Positions 10,423 through 21,467 are shown, counted from the stretch's first letter. The stretch: DNA of 64,000 bases from Candidatus Shapirobacteria bacterium (GCA_041649835.1 JBAZML010000001.1:38722-102721), one strand, 5' to 3'. A program made the numbers and translations. Notes: generated by a model not told the origin, from the letters alone.

Positions 10423-13078
10423 AGTATTTTTTCAAATATTGGCCGGTGTAGGAACGGGATACTTTGGCAATGTCGACAGGAGTGCCAATAGCAACTATTT
10501 CTCCACCCTTGTCACCGCCCTCAGGACCGAGATCAATGACCCAATCGCTATTTTTAATGACATCTAAATTGTGTTCAATGACCACAACAGTGTTACCCAT
10601 ATCAACTAAACGACGCAAAACTTTAATTAATTTATCAACATCGTAAAAATGAAGACCGGTGGTGGGCTCGTCTAAAATATATAAAATTTTGCCATTGAAT
10701 CTTTTAACCAATTCCCGACTAATCTTTAAACGTTGTGATTCACCGCCCGACAAGGTATTGCTGGATTGACCTAATTCTAAGTAACCTAAACCGACCTCTT
10801 GAATAGTATTAATTTTACGACTGATACTGTGGATGTTTTTAAAAAAATCGGCAGCTTCATCAAAAGTCATCTTTAATATTTCGGCAATGTTTTTACCTTT
10901 GTAAGAAACTTCTAAGGTTTCATCCTTAAATCTGGTTCCATGACATTGGTCACAAGTAACGTATATATCGGGTAAAAACTGCATTTCAATTTTTATTTGA
11001 CCCTGACCTTCACAGGCTTCACAACGACCACCCTTGGTATTAAAAGAAAAACGTCCGGCATTAAAACCACGAATTTTAGCTTCGGTAGTTTGGGATAATA
11101 ATTTTCGAATATCATCAAATAATTTGGTGTAAGTTGCCGGATTACTACGCGGAGTCCGACCAATTGGAGATTGATCAACCAGTAAGACATCAGAAAGATT
11201 TTCAGCGCCTTCAATTTTGTCATATTCTCCGATAGTGCCATAATAAGCACCCAGAGTAGCCTTCCTAACCCCACCATAGAGAGTGTCATGGACCAGAGTT
11301 GATTTACCTGAGCCAGAGACACCAGTAACAGAGATTAATTTATTGATGGGAAAATCAACATTGATATTTTTTAAGTTCCATTGACGAGCACCCGTGATTT
11401 TTATTCTTTGACCAAAAATATTGTTTTGAACAGGTGGCGGGTTAATCGAAAGTTTACCTGAAAGATATTGACCTGTAATACTTTTTTTATTATTTTTAAT
11501 ATCATCTAAAGTTCCTTCAGCTACAACTTCTCCGCCACCCTTGCCGGCATATGGACCAAAATCAACGATATAATCGGCTGATTTAATAACATCTTCATCG
11601 TGTTCAACAATGACAACACTATTACCCAAATCTTTTAATTTTCTTAATGTACCGATTAAACGATCGTTATCACGAGAATGAAGACCAATGGTTGGTTCAT
11701 CTAAGATATAAAGAACACCAGTCAAGCCAGTACCAATTTGGGAAGCCAAACGAATCCGTTGAGATTCACCGGAAGATAAAGTTCCGGCCTCTCTTTCTAA
11801 AGACAGATAGTCAAGACCAACGGCTAATAAAAATTCCAAACGAGAATGAATTTCCCTTTGAATTGATTCCAAAACTTCTTTTTCTTGTTTTGAGTCCAAC
11901 TTTTCAGACAAATCTGTTATCCATGTAAATAAATTTTCAATTGACAACTGACATGTTTGATAAATATTTTGACCCAATATAGTGACCGAAAGGGCATCTT
12001 GATTGAGACGAGAGCCATGACAAATGGGACAGCTTTCCTTAATCATATATTGTTCTAATTCATCCCGAACACCTTCAGAAGGAGCATTGAAATATCTTGA
12101 CTCAAGCATTTTTGCCTTCCATTCAGGAAATTTTGAACGATCAATTTGATATTTAGAACCAAGACCTTTACATTCTGTACAAGCACCTTGAGGTGAATTA
12201 AAGGAAAACAAATGAGGTTCAATGGGTGGTAGGGATAAATTACAAATAGGACAAGCAAAGTTTTCTGAATATAAAGTTTCCTTGAATTCTTTTGGATTCT
12301 CAGGAAAATCAAAACCCGGATCATCAATTCGAGCCATGATTATTTGACCATTACTTATTTTTAGGGCTAGTTCAACATCATCAATTAATCGGCTGTATAA
12401 GTTTTCAGCATTTTTTAATGTCTCTTTACTAACGGAGACCCGATCGCAAACGGCATCAATATTGTGCTTGTTCGTTTTGACAATGCCAAAATCTGAATAT
12501 AGATCGACAATTTTCCCATCAATTCGAAGCCATTTGTAGCCTTGTTTGCGGAGATTCTCGACTAAACCATGAAAATCACCAGCTTTGTTTCTAACCAAGG
12601 GGGCTAAAACTAAAAATCGATAAGGTGTATTGGAAACTTCCTGTTTTAAGGTATTAATTATCTGAGTAACCATCTGTTTGCTGGTTTGAGGCATAACTTC
12701 TCGACCACAATTTGGACAATGGGGGTGGCCGACACGAGCAAAAAGTAAGCGGAGATAGTCATAAATTTCGGTAACAGTACCAACTGTAGAACGAGGATTG
12801 TGGGAAATAGCTTTTTGATTAATAGCAATCGAGGGAGATAGTCCTTCAATAAGATCAACCTCAGGACGCTTCATGTTGCCCAAAAATTGGCGAGCATAAG
12901 AGGAAAGGGATTCCATATAACGACGTTGGCCTTCTGCAAATAGGGTGTCAAAAGCCATGCTAGATTTTCCGGAACCGGAAACGCCGGTAAAGACTACAAA
13001 TTTATTTTTAGGAAACTCAAAGGAAATATTTTTGAGATTATTCTCACGTGCTCCTTTGACTATTATTTTATCTAACAT
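10397..13078 (-). CDS. uvrA: Excinuclease ABC subunit A
   Basis: Two ABC ATPase modules (GVSGSGKSS… twice), zinc-finger cysteines and LSGGE signatures. The ORF track begins at GTG 13087. The conserved N-terminus [17 protein letters not shown] begins at ATG 13078. Confidence 0.95.
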   Translation of the reverse strand: MLDKIIVKGARENNLKNISFEFPKNKFVVFTGVSGSGKSSMAFDTLFAEGQRRYMESLSSYARQFLGNMKRPEVDLIEGLSPSIAINQKAISHNPRSTVGTVTEIYDYLRLLFARVGHPHCPNCGREVMPQTSKQMVTQIINTLKQEVSNTPYRFLVLAPLVRNKAGDFHGLVENLRKQGYKWLRIDGKIVDLYSDFGIVKTNKHNIDAVCDRVSVSKETLKNAENLYSRLIDDVELALKISNGQIIMARIDDPGFDFPENPKEFKETLYSENFACPICNLSLPPIEPHLFSFNSPQGACTECKGLGSKYQIDRSKFPEWKAKMLESRYFNAPSEGVRDELEQYMIKESCPICHGSRLNQDALSVTILGQNIYQTCQLSIENLFTWITDLSEKLDSKQEKEVLESIQREIHSRLEFLLAVGLDYLSLEREAGTLSSGESQRIRLASQIGTGLTGVLYILDEPTIGLHSRDNDRLIGTLRKLKDLGNSVVIVEHDEDVIKSADYIVDFGPYAGKGGGEVVAEGTLDDIKNNKKSITGQYLSGKLSINPPPVQNNIFGQRIKITGARQWNLKNINVDFPINKLISVTGVSGSGKSTLVHDTLYGGVRKATLGAYYGTIGEYDKIEGAENLSDVLLVDQSPIGRTPRSNPATYTKLFDDIRKLLSQTTEAKIRGFNAGRFSFNTKGGRCEACEGQGQIKIEMQFLPDIYVTCDQCHGTRFKDETLEVSYKGKNIAEILKMTFDEAADFFKNIHSISRKINTIQEVGLGYLELGQSSNTLSGGESQRLKISRELVKRFNGKILYILDEPTTGLHFYDVDKLIKVLRRLVDMGNTVVVIEHNLDVIKNSDWVIDLGPEGGDKGGEIVAIGTPVDIAKVSRSYTGQYLKKYYDRSKNSS

Positions 13079-13092
13079 TAAACCCACCCTAC

Positions 13093-13112
13093 CCTCCCTT
13101 GAAGAAGGGAGG
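13093..13112 (-). promoter_or_regulatory. Anti-SD-like hairpin (CCUCCCUU / AAGGGAGG, 8-bp stem with GAAG loop) in the uvrA 5' leader
   Basis: The mRNA would read 5'-GCCUCCCUUCUUCAAGGGAGGGUAGGGUGGGUUUA-AUG. The purine-rich SD-like tract is paired with a 16S-3'-end-like CCUCC tract. Confidence 0.35.
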
Positions 13113-13453
13113 CAAAATATTAATTAAAATATTAAAAGTAAATTAACAACTGTTTATTATAAACTAAAAGCTTCGTGTTGTCTTCGGGTATTATTTATTA
13201 ACTTTCTATATCCTTAATAAAAATTTAATCCTATAATTTGATTAAAATATAATTATAATGATATAATAATTCGTGGCTGAAAATAAAGTTTCAGATGTAA
13301 TAGCTGTTTGTTCCGAGTGTGGATACCCTTGCCCTGATTTTACCGTCAACGACCTAGCTCCTTTTCACTTGAGAGGTGATGGCACTAAATGCTTAGGTAT
13401 AAACAAAGAAATGATTAAGGTAACACCGATTGTAGTTAGACCAAAACACAGTT

Positions 13454-15457
13454 TTACAACTTTTCGATTTCAAGGATTTTATCGCGGAGTTTAATGGCAG
13501 ATTCAAAATCAAGATCGGTAGCGTAGGTTCGCATTTCCTTTTTTAACTTAGAAATATGAGCTTTTCGTTGATTGGGGGTAAGTGAGGAAGGTTCAATTTC
13601 CAAAAGTGGAGTAATAACCATATTTTTGGCATTGGCCTCAATTAAACGAGGCCGAATTGCCTTGATAATAGTTTGGGGGGTAATATGATGATCCTCATTG
13701 TATTTTGTCTGGATCTTACGACGGCGATTAACTTCTTTTATGGCCTGATCCATAGCATTTGAAACGACATCAGCGTATAAAATTACCTGACCATCGACAT
13801 GGCGTGAGGCCCGACCCATTATTTGAATTAGAGATGAACGGGAACGTAAAAATCCCTGATTGCCTGCGTCAAGAATAGTGACCAAAGAAACTTCCGGTAG
13901 GTCCAAGCCCTCACGTAACAAATTGATACCTACCAATACGTCAAAATCACCACTTCTAAGTTTGTCCAATATTTCAGTTCTTTCTAATGTTTCCACGTCA
14001 GAATGAAGATAAGCAACCTTCAAAGGAATACCCGTCTTTTTGGGATCAGCTAGATAGGCTGCCAATTCTTCAGACATCCTCTTGGTCAATGTAACCACTA
14101 AGGTGCGCTCTTTTCTGTCGACTCTTTTTTTAATTTCTTCAATTAAATCTGGGATTTGATTCTTGCTCGGTCTAACCTGAATAGGAGGATCAATCAGACC
14201 GGTCGGACGGATAATTTGTTCGATGATATTATTTTTAGAATCTTCAATTTCAAAATTGGCGGGAGTAGCCGAGACATAGATGGCTTTGGGGATACGTTCA
14301 TAAAATTCGGTCCAATTTAAAGGACGATTATCATAAGCACTTTTTAGACGAAAACCATAGTCAACCAAAGTCTTTTTGCGGGCAGAATCTCCCCCGCTCA
14401 TTCCACCGATTTGAGGGACACTAACATGCGACTCATCGATGACTGTTAGAAAGTTGTCTCCCCAAAGATAATGAAAATAATCAATGAGGGTATATGGAGG
14501 ATCACCGGTTTTCCGACCAGGTTCAAAATAGAGAGAATAATTTTCAATACCGTTAACATAACCAACTTCCTGAAGCATTTCCATATCATAGTCAACCCGT
14601 TGCCGAAGTCGATGAGCCTCTAAAATTTGACCTTTGTCTTCAAAATTCTTAACTTCCTGATCACAATCCGATCTGATTCTGGCGATAATTTCTTTTAGGT
14701 TGGTACCGGAAGCGCCAACATATTGCTTGGCTGGAAAAAGTTGATATGATTTCAGATCAAATTCATGACCCGAAAAGGGGTTGCGTTCAGTAATATTTTT
14801 TATTTTTCCTTCAGTATCAAAATCTAAAACAATTATCCAATCGGCATATGAAGGCCAAATTTCCAATGTTTCACCTCGGACTCGAAATTGAGCTCTTTTA
14901 AATTCCATTTCTGAACGAAGATAAAAGAGATTAACCAATTCTTCAAATAGCTGACGTCTGTTCCATAAATCACCTATTTTAAGGGTTAAAGTTTTACCAC
15001 CAAATTCACGGGGGTCACCAATATTGTAAATACAAGAAACCGAGGCAATAACAATATTATCTTTTCCTGAAAATAGATTTGAGGTGGCCTCAAGTCGAAG
15101 CTTATCGATAAGGTCATTAATTTCTACCTCTTTGGCAATGTAGGTATCTGAAGATGGTAAATAAGCTTCCGGCTGATAATAATCGTAATAGGAAACAAAA
15201 TAGGAAACTTTGTTGTTGGGAAACAATTCTTTAAATTCCTGATATAGTTGAGCCGCTAATGTTTTGTTGTGGGAAATTATTAGAGTCGGCAGTTGAACAT
15301 TTTGAATAATATTGGCAATAGTAAAAGTTTTACCGGAACCGGTAACACCAAGGAGAGTTTGTTTAGCGACTCCATTTTGGAGATTAGCCGTGAGCTTAGC
15401 GATAGCTGCGGGTTGATCACCGGCAGGAGACATATCGCTTATCAACTTAAAAGGCAT
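13454..15457 (-). CDS. uvrB: Excinuclease ABC subunit B
   Basis: 667 aa. Helicase motif I GVTGSGKTF, a beta-hairpin region and a C-terminal UVR domain (…AIKLRDKILEIE). Confidence 0.95.
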   Translation of the reverse strand: MPFKLISDMSPAGDQPAAIAKLTANLQNGVAKQTLLGVTGSGKTFTIANIIQNVQLPTLIISHNKTLAAQLYQEFKELFPNNKVSYFVSYYDYYQPEAYLPSSDTYIAKEVEINDLIDKLRLEATSNLFSGKDNIVIASVSCIYNIGDPREFGGKTLTLKIGDLWNRRQLFEELVNLFYLRSEMEFKRAQFRVRGETLEIWPSYADWIIVLDFDTEGKIKNITERNPFSGHEFDLKSYQLFPAKQYVGASGTNLKEIIARIRSDCDQEVKNFEDKGQILEAHRLRQRVDYDMEMLQEVGYVNGIENYSLYFEPGRKTGDPPYTLIDYFHYLWGDNFLTVIDESHVSVPQIGGMSGGDSARKKTLVDYGFRLKSAYDNRPLNWTEFYERIPKAIYVSATPANFEIEDSKNNIIEQIIRPTGLIDPPIQVRPSKNQIPDLIEEIKKRVDRKERTLVVTLTKRMSEELAAYLADPKKTGIPLKVAYLHSDVETLERTEILDKLRSGDFDVLVGINLLREGLDLPEVSLVTILDAGNQGFLRSRSSLIQIMGRASRHVDGQVILYADVVSNAMDQAIKEVNRRRKIQTKYNEDHHITPQTIIKAIRPRLIEANAKNMVITPLLEIEPSSLTPNQRKAHISKLKKEMRTYATDLDFESAIKLRDKILEIEKL

Positions 15458-15503
15458 GGATATATTTTATCAGTTCGGGTTATATTTGGGTAGAAAGAAA
15501 AAA

Positions 15504-17150
15504 TCAATTCGGTTCAAATAAAATAGACAAATTGTGTCTATTAGATTCAGGTATGAATACTTCGATGGAATTGATATCTGAAAAATAAACAACTTGAACT
15601 TCTCCCGGATCTAAACCAATAAAGATGCCATTAGAACGAACCATATCCACAACAATATTTTTTGATTCAGTAAGACTTACAACCTCAACATTTTTTTGAG
15701 TCGTGATTTCAGGAATAGTACATCTGGCATAATTGTTATAAGGGTTGATACAAACGATAGCGCCGATTTTTTTATCAGGTGACAAAACTTTAAGGGCAAT
15801 TGTATCGCCATTGATAGAATTAATATCTGCCAAATTCCATTCTCCTTGTCTAAATAAACGGGATCGAAATAAATGAAGTAGCTTGTCGTAAAATATTTGA
15901 GTATCAGTATCAGTTTCCTCGTCGGGGAAGCGTGAAATCTGCATCGGAGGTCTAATCTTTAAGCCCATTTCCTGACCCTGATTAACCATAAAAATTGAAT
16001 TTGGAATTATCCCTGCCAAAACAGCGGCGGCTTTTGATAACTTGGGACCTAATATTCGTGAAGCTCGTTCTTCGTCATGATTTTCAATGTATAAAGTGTC
16101 GTGATAATGTCTGCCATTTTTTTCGGCTGTTAAAAGATTCTGAATCTGAGATTTTATAGTTTGGGGTGATTCGTGCAAAATTTTATAGAAGTCCTGATTG
16201 TAAATGTAATCAAATACCTGACCCAAATATTCTTTGTCCCAATAAATTTCACCAAGAAAATCAAATTGTTGATGGATGTCGGTTTTTACAAGTGGTATTT
16301 TTTCCTGCCAAAAGGAATGCTGTTGAATAAAATCTCTATGTTTTTCTGATAAGATCCAACCCCAAGTTCGAATGAAGGTTGAAGGATCTAATAACATTGC
16401 CATATCGCACCTAACCCCATCGGAATGTCGACTTAATTCTATAAGCTGTTTTGCCATTTCTTCATGAAGCTCTGGCACTCCATAATTCAACTGAAGAGTG
16501 TCAGCCCATTCAGGATAATTAGGATCTTTTCCGTGAGCAATATAATATGTTTGACCATCATTGGCAACTACTGGACAAAATAAATTTAAATTTGAATTAT
16601 ATTGATCTTGATTTCCCTGAATAAAATATTCGGGATTACTTCTAACTAATTTTGAGTCCAATGCGGTATGATTTGGAACAAAGTCGATCATTACCTTTTT
16701 TCCATGCTGATGCAACTTATCAACCATTACATCCCAGGCTTCCCAATTTTTAGCAATTTTAGGATTGGGAGTATATTCCGGAATGGCAAAAGGAGAAGCA
16801 GCCACATCTTTGTTTGGATCAAGGTCGGGCAAAGCATAGCGAAATTCGTGACACCATTTTTTGGCATGTTCCTGACTAGCTGTACTAGGTGTATAAATTC
16901 CCATAAACCAGAAATAATCATATTTTCCAAAGAGATCATTCCACTCTGAATCGGGAACAGTATCAATTGTTATTGGTTGATCATATTTTTTTGATAATTG
17001 ATCAATCCATAATCTGGTATTAATGAGATAGAGAGTTTGATGGTGTCCAATTTCAGAGGGTTTTAACCAATCCCCAAATTCAGGGGGTAAAGTTGACTTA
17101 TGAGATATATCTATACTATCGGGAATATTTATATTTCGTTCCCTTATCAT
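15504..17150 (-). CDS. Alpha-amylase family (GH13) glycoside hydrolase
   Basis: GH13 conserved regions DFVPNHTA (I), GVRCDMAMLL (II) and YIENHDEER (IV). Confidence 0.7.
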   Translation of the reverse strand: MIRERNINIPDSIDISHKSTLPPEFGDWLKPSEIGHHQTLYLINTRLWIDQLSKKYDQPITIDTVPDSEWNDLFGKYDYFWFMGIYTPSTASQEHAKKWCHEFRYALPDLDPNKDVAASPFAIPEYTPNPKIAKNWEAWDVMVDKLHQHGKKVMIDFVPNHTALDSKLVRSNPEYFIQGNQDQYNSNLNLFCPVVANDGQTYYIAHGKDPNYPEWADTLQLNYGVPELHEEMAKQLIELSRHSDGVRCDMAMLLDPSTFIRTWGWILSEKHRDFIQQHSFWQEKIPLVKTDIHQQFDFLGEIYWDKEYLGQVFDYIYNQDFYKILHESPQTIKSQIQNLLTAEKNGRHYHDTLYIENHDEERASRILGPKLSKAAAVLAGIIPNSIFMVNQGQEMGLKIRPPMQISRFPDEETDTDTQIFYDKLLHLFRSRLFRQGEWNLADINSINGDTIALKVLSPDKKIGAIVCINPYNNYARCTIPEITTQKNVEVVSLTESKNIVVDMVRSNGIFIGLDPGEVQVVYFSDINSIEVFIPESNRHNLSILFEPN

Positions 17151-17238
17151 ATGATCATGTGTTATACGGAGTTTAAATTATTATCTTAGTTATTAGTAGT
17201 AGGGACTAGATATCTTTAAGAATGAGGATTAAAGTTTA

Positions 17239-18780
17239 GTGAGAATGCTAACAAAAGTATGGAGTGCGGCCAACTATGGATTAGAGGCAGTTCAAATTGA
17301 AACTGAGGTTAACGTGGCGGAAAAAGGATTTCCAGGATTTACGGTAGTGGGACTTGCTAGTAAAGCAATTGAAGAAGCTAGAGAAAGAGTAAAAACAGCC
17401 ATAATTAATTCTGATTTGGAATTTCCAACAGCAAAAATTACTGTTAACTTGGCCCCAGCTGATTTACCAAAAGAAGGTGCTTGTTATGATTTACCCATTG
17501 CCATAGGCATCTTAGCATCAAGTGGTCAAATAGAATTATCAAAAGATAAAGCATACTTTTTTGGGGAATTATCGTTGGACGGAAGTCTTCGACACTCTCG
17601 AGGAGTATTTTTATTGGCAATTTTGGCAAAGGAAAAGGGGGTAAAGAAAATTTTTGTTCCAAGATTGTGTGCCAATGAAGCAGCTGTCGTCGAGGGAATC
17701 GAAGTGTATCCGGTAGATTCTTTAACAAAGTTAATAAAACATTTGGAGGGAAAGACCTTAATAGAACCTTTAAAATATATCCAGAGTCAGGACTTATTGG
17801 ATGAAAGTGTAATTCAATTTGATTTCTCAGAAATTTTGGGGCAAGAATCGGCAAAAAGAGCTTTAGAAATTGCCGCTGCCGGTGGACATAATATATTTTT
17901 GATGGGACCACCAGGGAGTGGAAAAACTATGCTGTCGCGGGCATTACCGGGAATTTTACCGCCACTTTCTGAAGAGGAAAGTCTTGAAGTAACTAAAATC
18001 TATTCGATTACTGGAAATATTCCACCAGGGGGGTCTTTAATTAGAAATAGACCTTTTCGAAGTCCACACCACACGACATCACAAGTAGGACTTATTGGTG
18101 GGGGAAGTAATCCTCGTCCTGGAGAAATTTCCTTGGCTCACCGCGGAGTTTTATTTTTAGATGAGTTTCCTGAGGTGAGTCGGATGTGTCTTGAATCTCT
18201 CCGACAACCATTGGAAGATGGAGATATAACAATTTCTAGAGCAAGTGGTTCGGTAAATTTTCCATGCCAATTTATGTTAGTAGCTGCAGCAAATCCCTGC
18301 CCGTGTGGCTACCTAGGTGACGATAAAAAAGAATGTAAATGTAATATTCATCAAATCATGAACTATCAAAAAAAGTTGTCTGGACCAATAATGGACAGAA
18401 TTGATTTACATCTAAATGTACCACCGGTGGATGTCAATAAGTTGATGATTGGAGAGAGTAATAATATTGCTGAAAAATCTGTAAATATTCGAAATAGAGT
18501 AATAAATGCCAGAGATATCCAAAAAAATAGGTTTTCAAAAATAAAAGGAATTTATTGCAATGCCGATATGAAAAACAAGCATTTAAAGGAATTTGCAAAA
18601 TTGGAGAATAGTGCTAATTTACTTTTAAAACAAGCTGTAAATAAATTTTCGTTATCGGCGAGAACGTATTTTAGATTGATAAAAGTTGCTAGAACTATCG
18701 CAGATTTGAGCAATTCAGATAATATTAAGGATATTCATATTGCTGAAGCGCTGCAATATAGAGTGAGGACTGGAGAATAA
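17239..18780 (+). CDS. comM: YifB/ComM family Mg-chelatase-like AAA+ ATPase
   Basis: Lon-like N-terminal domain, Walker A GPPGSGKTML, and sensor and zinc-ribbon-like Cys (CPCGY…CKC). Confidence 0.85.
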   Translation: MRMLTKVWSAANYGLEAVQIETEVNVAEKGFPGFTVVGLASKAIEEARERVKTAIINSDLEFPTAKITVNLAPADLPKEGACYDLPIAIGILASSGQIELSKDKAYFFGELSLDGSLRHSRGVFLLAILAKEKGVKKIFVPRLCANEAAVVEGIEVYPVDSLTKLIKHLEGKTLIEPLKYIQSQDLLDESVIQFDFSEILGQESAKRALEIAAAGGHNIFLMGPPGSGKTMLSRALPGILPPLSEEESLEVTKIYSITGNIPPGGSLIRNRPFRSPHHTTSQVGLIGGGSNPRPGEISLAHRGVLFLDEFPEVSRMCLESLRQPLEDGDITISRASGSVNFPCQFMLVAAANPCPCGYLGDDKKECKCNIHQIMNYQKKLSGPIMDRIDLHLNVPPVDVNKLMIGESNNIAEKSVNIRNRVINARDIQKNRFSKIKGIYCNADMKNKHLKEFAKLENSANLLLKQAVNKFSLSARTYFRLIKVARTIADLSNSDNIKDIHIAEALQYRVRTGE

Positions 18781-18782
18781 AA

Positions 18783-19142
18783 ATGTTTGATACTGCTAAA
18801 AAAGAAAATTATCACAAGGGGAGATACGGGGAGAATATTGCCAAGGAGTATTTATTAAAAAGGGGCTATATTTTTATTGAGGCGAATTTTGAAAATAAAA
18901 TTGGAGAGATCGATTTGATAATGAGCGACCGCGATTGGCTGGTATTTATTGAAGTGAAATATAAAAGTGATAATCGGCTAGGAATTCCAGAAGAAATGAT
19001 AAATAGAAATAAAATTTGTCAGATAAAGAGAGTCGCAGAAAGTTATTTAGTAGAAAAAAAAGTAAAATTTTTTGAAAAATTTAGAATTGATGCGGTGTGT
19101 ATTTTGGATGACAAAATTAGACATTATGAAAACTTAATTTAA
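18783..19142 (+). CDS. yraN: YraN/UPF0102 family endonuclease
   Basis: 119 aa, GE…A..YL…GY…ANF…GEIDLIM…LVFIEVKY pattern. Confidence 0.7.
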   Translation: MFDTAKKENYHKGRYGENIAKEYLLKRGYIFIEANFENKIGEIDLIMSDRDWLVFIEVKYKSDNRLGIPEEMINRNKICQIKRVAESYLVEKKVKFFEKFRIDAVCILDDKIRHYENLI

Positions 19143-19169
19143 TTACAAATTACTAATTACGAATTACGA

Positions 19170-20039
19170 ATGAAGAAATGGAAAAGTTATCCTATTAATA
19201 TTATTGAAAAAAAGGATTTCCCAGAACATTTAAGGGTAATAAAAAATTGCCCGGAAAAATTATATTATCGGGGAAATTGGGATAATAAAATTTTTGAAAA
19301 AAGCTTGTCGATGGTTGGAAGCCGACGAATGAGCCGATATGGACAAGAAGTGGTGAAAAAATTTATACCAGAATTTGTGGCCAATAAGATAACTATAATT
19401 TCTGGCTTTATGTATGGAATTGATACTGAATCACACAAAAAATGTTTAGAATTTGGTGGAAAGACTGTAGCGGTATTAGGTGGAGGTTTAAATATTTTAG
19501 TGCCACCAGAAAATAGTAATTTATACAATGATATTTTGGAAAAAGACGGTTTAGTAATTTCTGAATATATTTCAGATTTTCAACCAACTTTATGGAGCTT
19601 TCCACAAAGAAACAGGATTGTGGCTGGATTATCAACTTTGGGAATTCTAATTGTTGAGGCAGGAATAAAATCAGGTTCGCTAATAACAGCCAGAATAGGT
19701 CGAGAACAAGGTAAAAGAATATATGCAATTCCTGGTCAATTGACGAGTAGTACTGCTGAAGGAACAAACTATTTAATAAAGAATAATTTAGCTCAAATAA
19801 TAACATCTCCTGTCGATATAACCGAAAACAAGACTATTAATACACAAGAAATATTATTTGAGAGTACTGATTCAATGGAAAATATTATTATTCAACTATT
19901 GAAAATAGAACCTCTAAGTATTGACGAACTGTGTTTAAAAATGGACAATGGCATTATTGAATTAAATTCAAAAATTACTTTAATGTTGTTAAACAATCAA
20001 ATCTTTGAGGAAAACGGAAAAATATATTTAAAAAGATGA
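19170..20039 (+). CDS. dprA: DNA processing protein DprA/Smf
   Basis: Rossmann-like DprA core (…GSRRMS.YG…ISGFMYGIDTESH…LGGGL…). Confidence 0.85.
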   Translation: MKKWKSYPINIIEKKDFPEHLRVIKNCPEKLYYRGNWDNKIFEKSLSMVGSRRMSRYGQEVVKKFIPEFVANKITIISGFMYGIDTESHKKCLEFGGKTVAVLGGGLNILVPPENSNLYNDILEKDGLVISEYISDFQPTLWSFPQRNRIVAGLSTLGILIVEAGIKSGSLITARIGREQGKRIYAIPGQLTSSTAEGTNYLIKNNLAQIITSPVDITENKTINTQEILFESTDSMENIIIQLLKIEPLSIDELCLKMDNGIIELNSKITLMLLNNQIFEENGKIYLKR

Positions 20040-20239
20040 TAGAAGAATTAAATAGTAGAAATATTCGACTAGTCGACAGAGTTAGGAGAAGATTTAACAT
20101 TTCAGATACACCAATAGAAATGGATTTGAGTTTAGAAAAAGGTGAAATATTCAGGATTCTAACAACAGGTCGAGGTAAAAAGAAATCACATTGTTCTAAT
20201 CGCTATCCCAAACACGAATGGGAATTAAAAGATTCTTAA
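20036..20239 (+). CDS. Hypothetical small protein (67 aa)
   Basis: ORF whose ATG overlaps the dprA stop (ATGA). No recognisable motif. Confidence 0.25.
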   Translation: MIEELNSRNIRLVDRVRRRFNISDTPIEMDLSLEKGEIFRILTTGRGKKKSHCSNRYPKHEWELKDS

Positions 20240-21363
20240 AGATAGGGCGCCCAAGTGGTGATAGGGGCAGTATTGCCGATAATAAAATTAATTGTATATA
20301 AGAAGACTGCCGGAATTATCAGAAAAAATATTAAACGAACTTTTGATGAGGCGATCTTTTTTCCAAAGGCTAAAAACACAAAAGGATAAACAGGAATCAT
20401 ATAGCGGCTAATATCACGATGAGCTACCATTACACTGGCAAGAGTATAAATTAGAGGAAAAATTAAGACTATATCAAGCTTATATCTTTTCCATAGTTTG
20501 GCCACGGCAAAAAAACAAAGGGCAAAAACGTAAATCACATCTTCAAGCCAAATAGTATTAATCCAAGTACGAGTACTAACAAAGACTTGATAGGGAAAGG
20601 GGGTTAAATGAAAATTATCACCGGAATGAAAATAGGCGAGAAAATCCCCTGTTTGAAGAAAATAATAGTAAAAAATTCCCAGAGCAGAAAGAGGAATAAG
20701 TAAGTAAAATAGATAATTGGTATTTAATTTTTTAGTTTTTTTATAATCAATAAAGGCAATAATTAAATAGGAGGCAAAAAGTAATATTCCAGGACTTTTT
20801 AAAGTTTGAGAAAGAGCTGCAAAAATTGCTGACAACCAAAAGTTCTTCTTTTTAAAAAAAATAATGGACAACAAGATAAAACTTAAAAACCACATTTCCG
20901 GGGCACCAACTAAGCGAAGAACAAAGAGGCGAGCCGGAAAAAATATCATTAAAAATGCCAACCAAAAAGAAGTTCTTTCTTTGAAAAATTGTTTATAAAA
21001 ATAGAAAGAGACTAAAGTAAAAAGAAGTGAACCAAATAAAGTGGTAAGAAGCATGGCCTTGGGAGTGTTGGTAAATAAGGAAAAATATCTTATTAAAAGC
21101 GGATATCCGGGAAGATGAGCGGGGTAGTATTCCAAAGGTTGGGGTAAAGAATAATTGGTGGCGATACAATCCTTTTTATATAAACACTTGGCTACAATCA
21201 TGTAGTTTGGTCCATCGTAGTTAGCAAAAACAGTTTCTAGTGTCGTTGTAGGAAAACCTAATTTTTGGGGTAAATTTTTATAAAATCCAAACCAAATCAA
21301 AGCTGTGGAAATGAAAGTAATCAGTAATAAGAGCAATTGGAAGCGATATTTGTTAAAATTCAT
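20236..21363 (-). CDS. Polytopic membrane protein, possibly a PMT/ArnT-like (GT-C) glycosyltransferase
   Basis: 375 aa with about 10 predicted TM helices. Assignment to the GT-C family is tentative. Confidence 0.5.
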   Translation of the reverse strand: MNFNKYRFQLLLLLITFISTALIWFGFYKNLPQKLGFPTTTLETVFANYDGPNYMIVAKCLYKKDCIATNYSLPQPLEYYPAHLPGYPLLIRYFSLFTNTPKAMLLTTLFGSLLFTLVSFYFYKQFFKERTSFWLAFLMIFFPARLFVLRLVGAPEMWFLSFILLSIIFFKKKNFWLSAIFAALSQTLKSPGILLFASYLIIAFIDYKKTKKLNTNYLFYLLIPLSALGIFYYYFLQTGDFLAYFHSGDNFHLTPFPYQVFVSTRTWINTIWLEDVIYVFALCFFAVAKLWKRYKLDIVLIFPLIYTLASVMVAHRDISRYMIPVYPFVFLAFGKKIASSKVRLIFFLIIPAVFLYTINFIIGNTAPITTWAPYL

Positions 21364-21383
21364 CTGTTTTAATTGTACATCAT

Positions 21384-21458
21384 GGCCCCATCGTCTAGTG
21401 GCTAGGACGACAGATTCTCATTCTGCCAACCAGGGTTCGATTCCCTGTGGGGTCACCA
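21384..21458 (+). tRNA. tRNA-Glu (anticodon CUC), CCA encoded
   Basis: Cloverleaf read by hand. Acceptor GGCCCCA/TGGGGTC. D-arm GTCTAGTGGCTAGGAC resembles E. coli tRNA-Glu. Anticodon loop TTCTCAT, T-arm CAGGG-TTCGATT-CCCTG, discriminator A, then CCA. Confidence 0.85.
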
Positions 21459-21467
21459 TCTAAAAAT

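Noticed and set aside
13093-13112. 8-bp hairpin downstream of uvrB read as an intrinsic terminator
   Set aside because: It is 340 nt from the uvrB stop and is followed on the transcribed strand by GUAGGGUGGG rather than a U-tract. It is better explained as a uvrA leader structure.
13273-13494. 73-aa ORF with CSECGYPCPDF between uvrA and uvrB
   Set aside because: It has a GTG start and no RBS, and it overlaps the uvrB 3' end by 40 nt. The Cys spacing is not a clean zinc ribbon. More likely it is uvrA leader or promoter DNA.
21447-21467. GTG start of the 150-aa ORF lying inside tRNA-Glu
   Set aside because: It overlaps the tRNA T-arm and acceptor. The first ATG after the tRNA (21468) is the plausible start.
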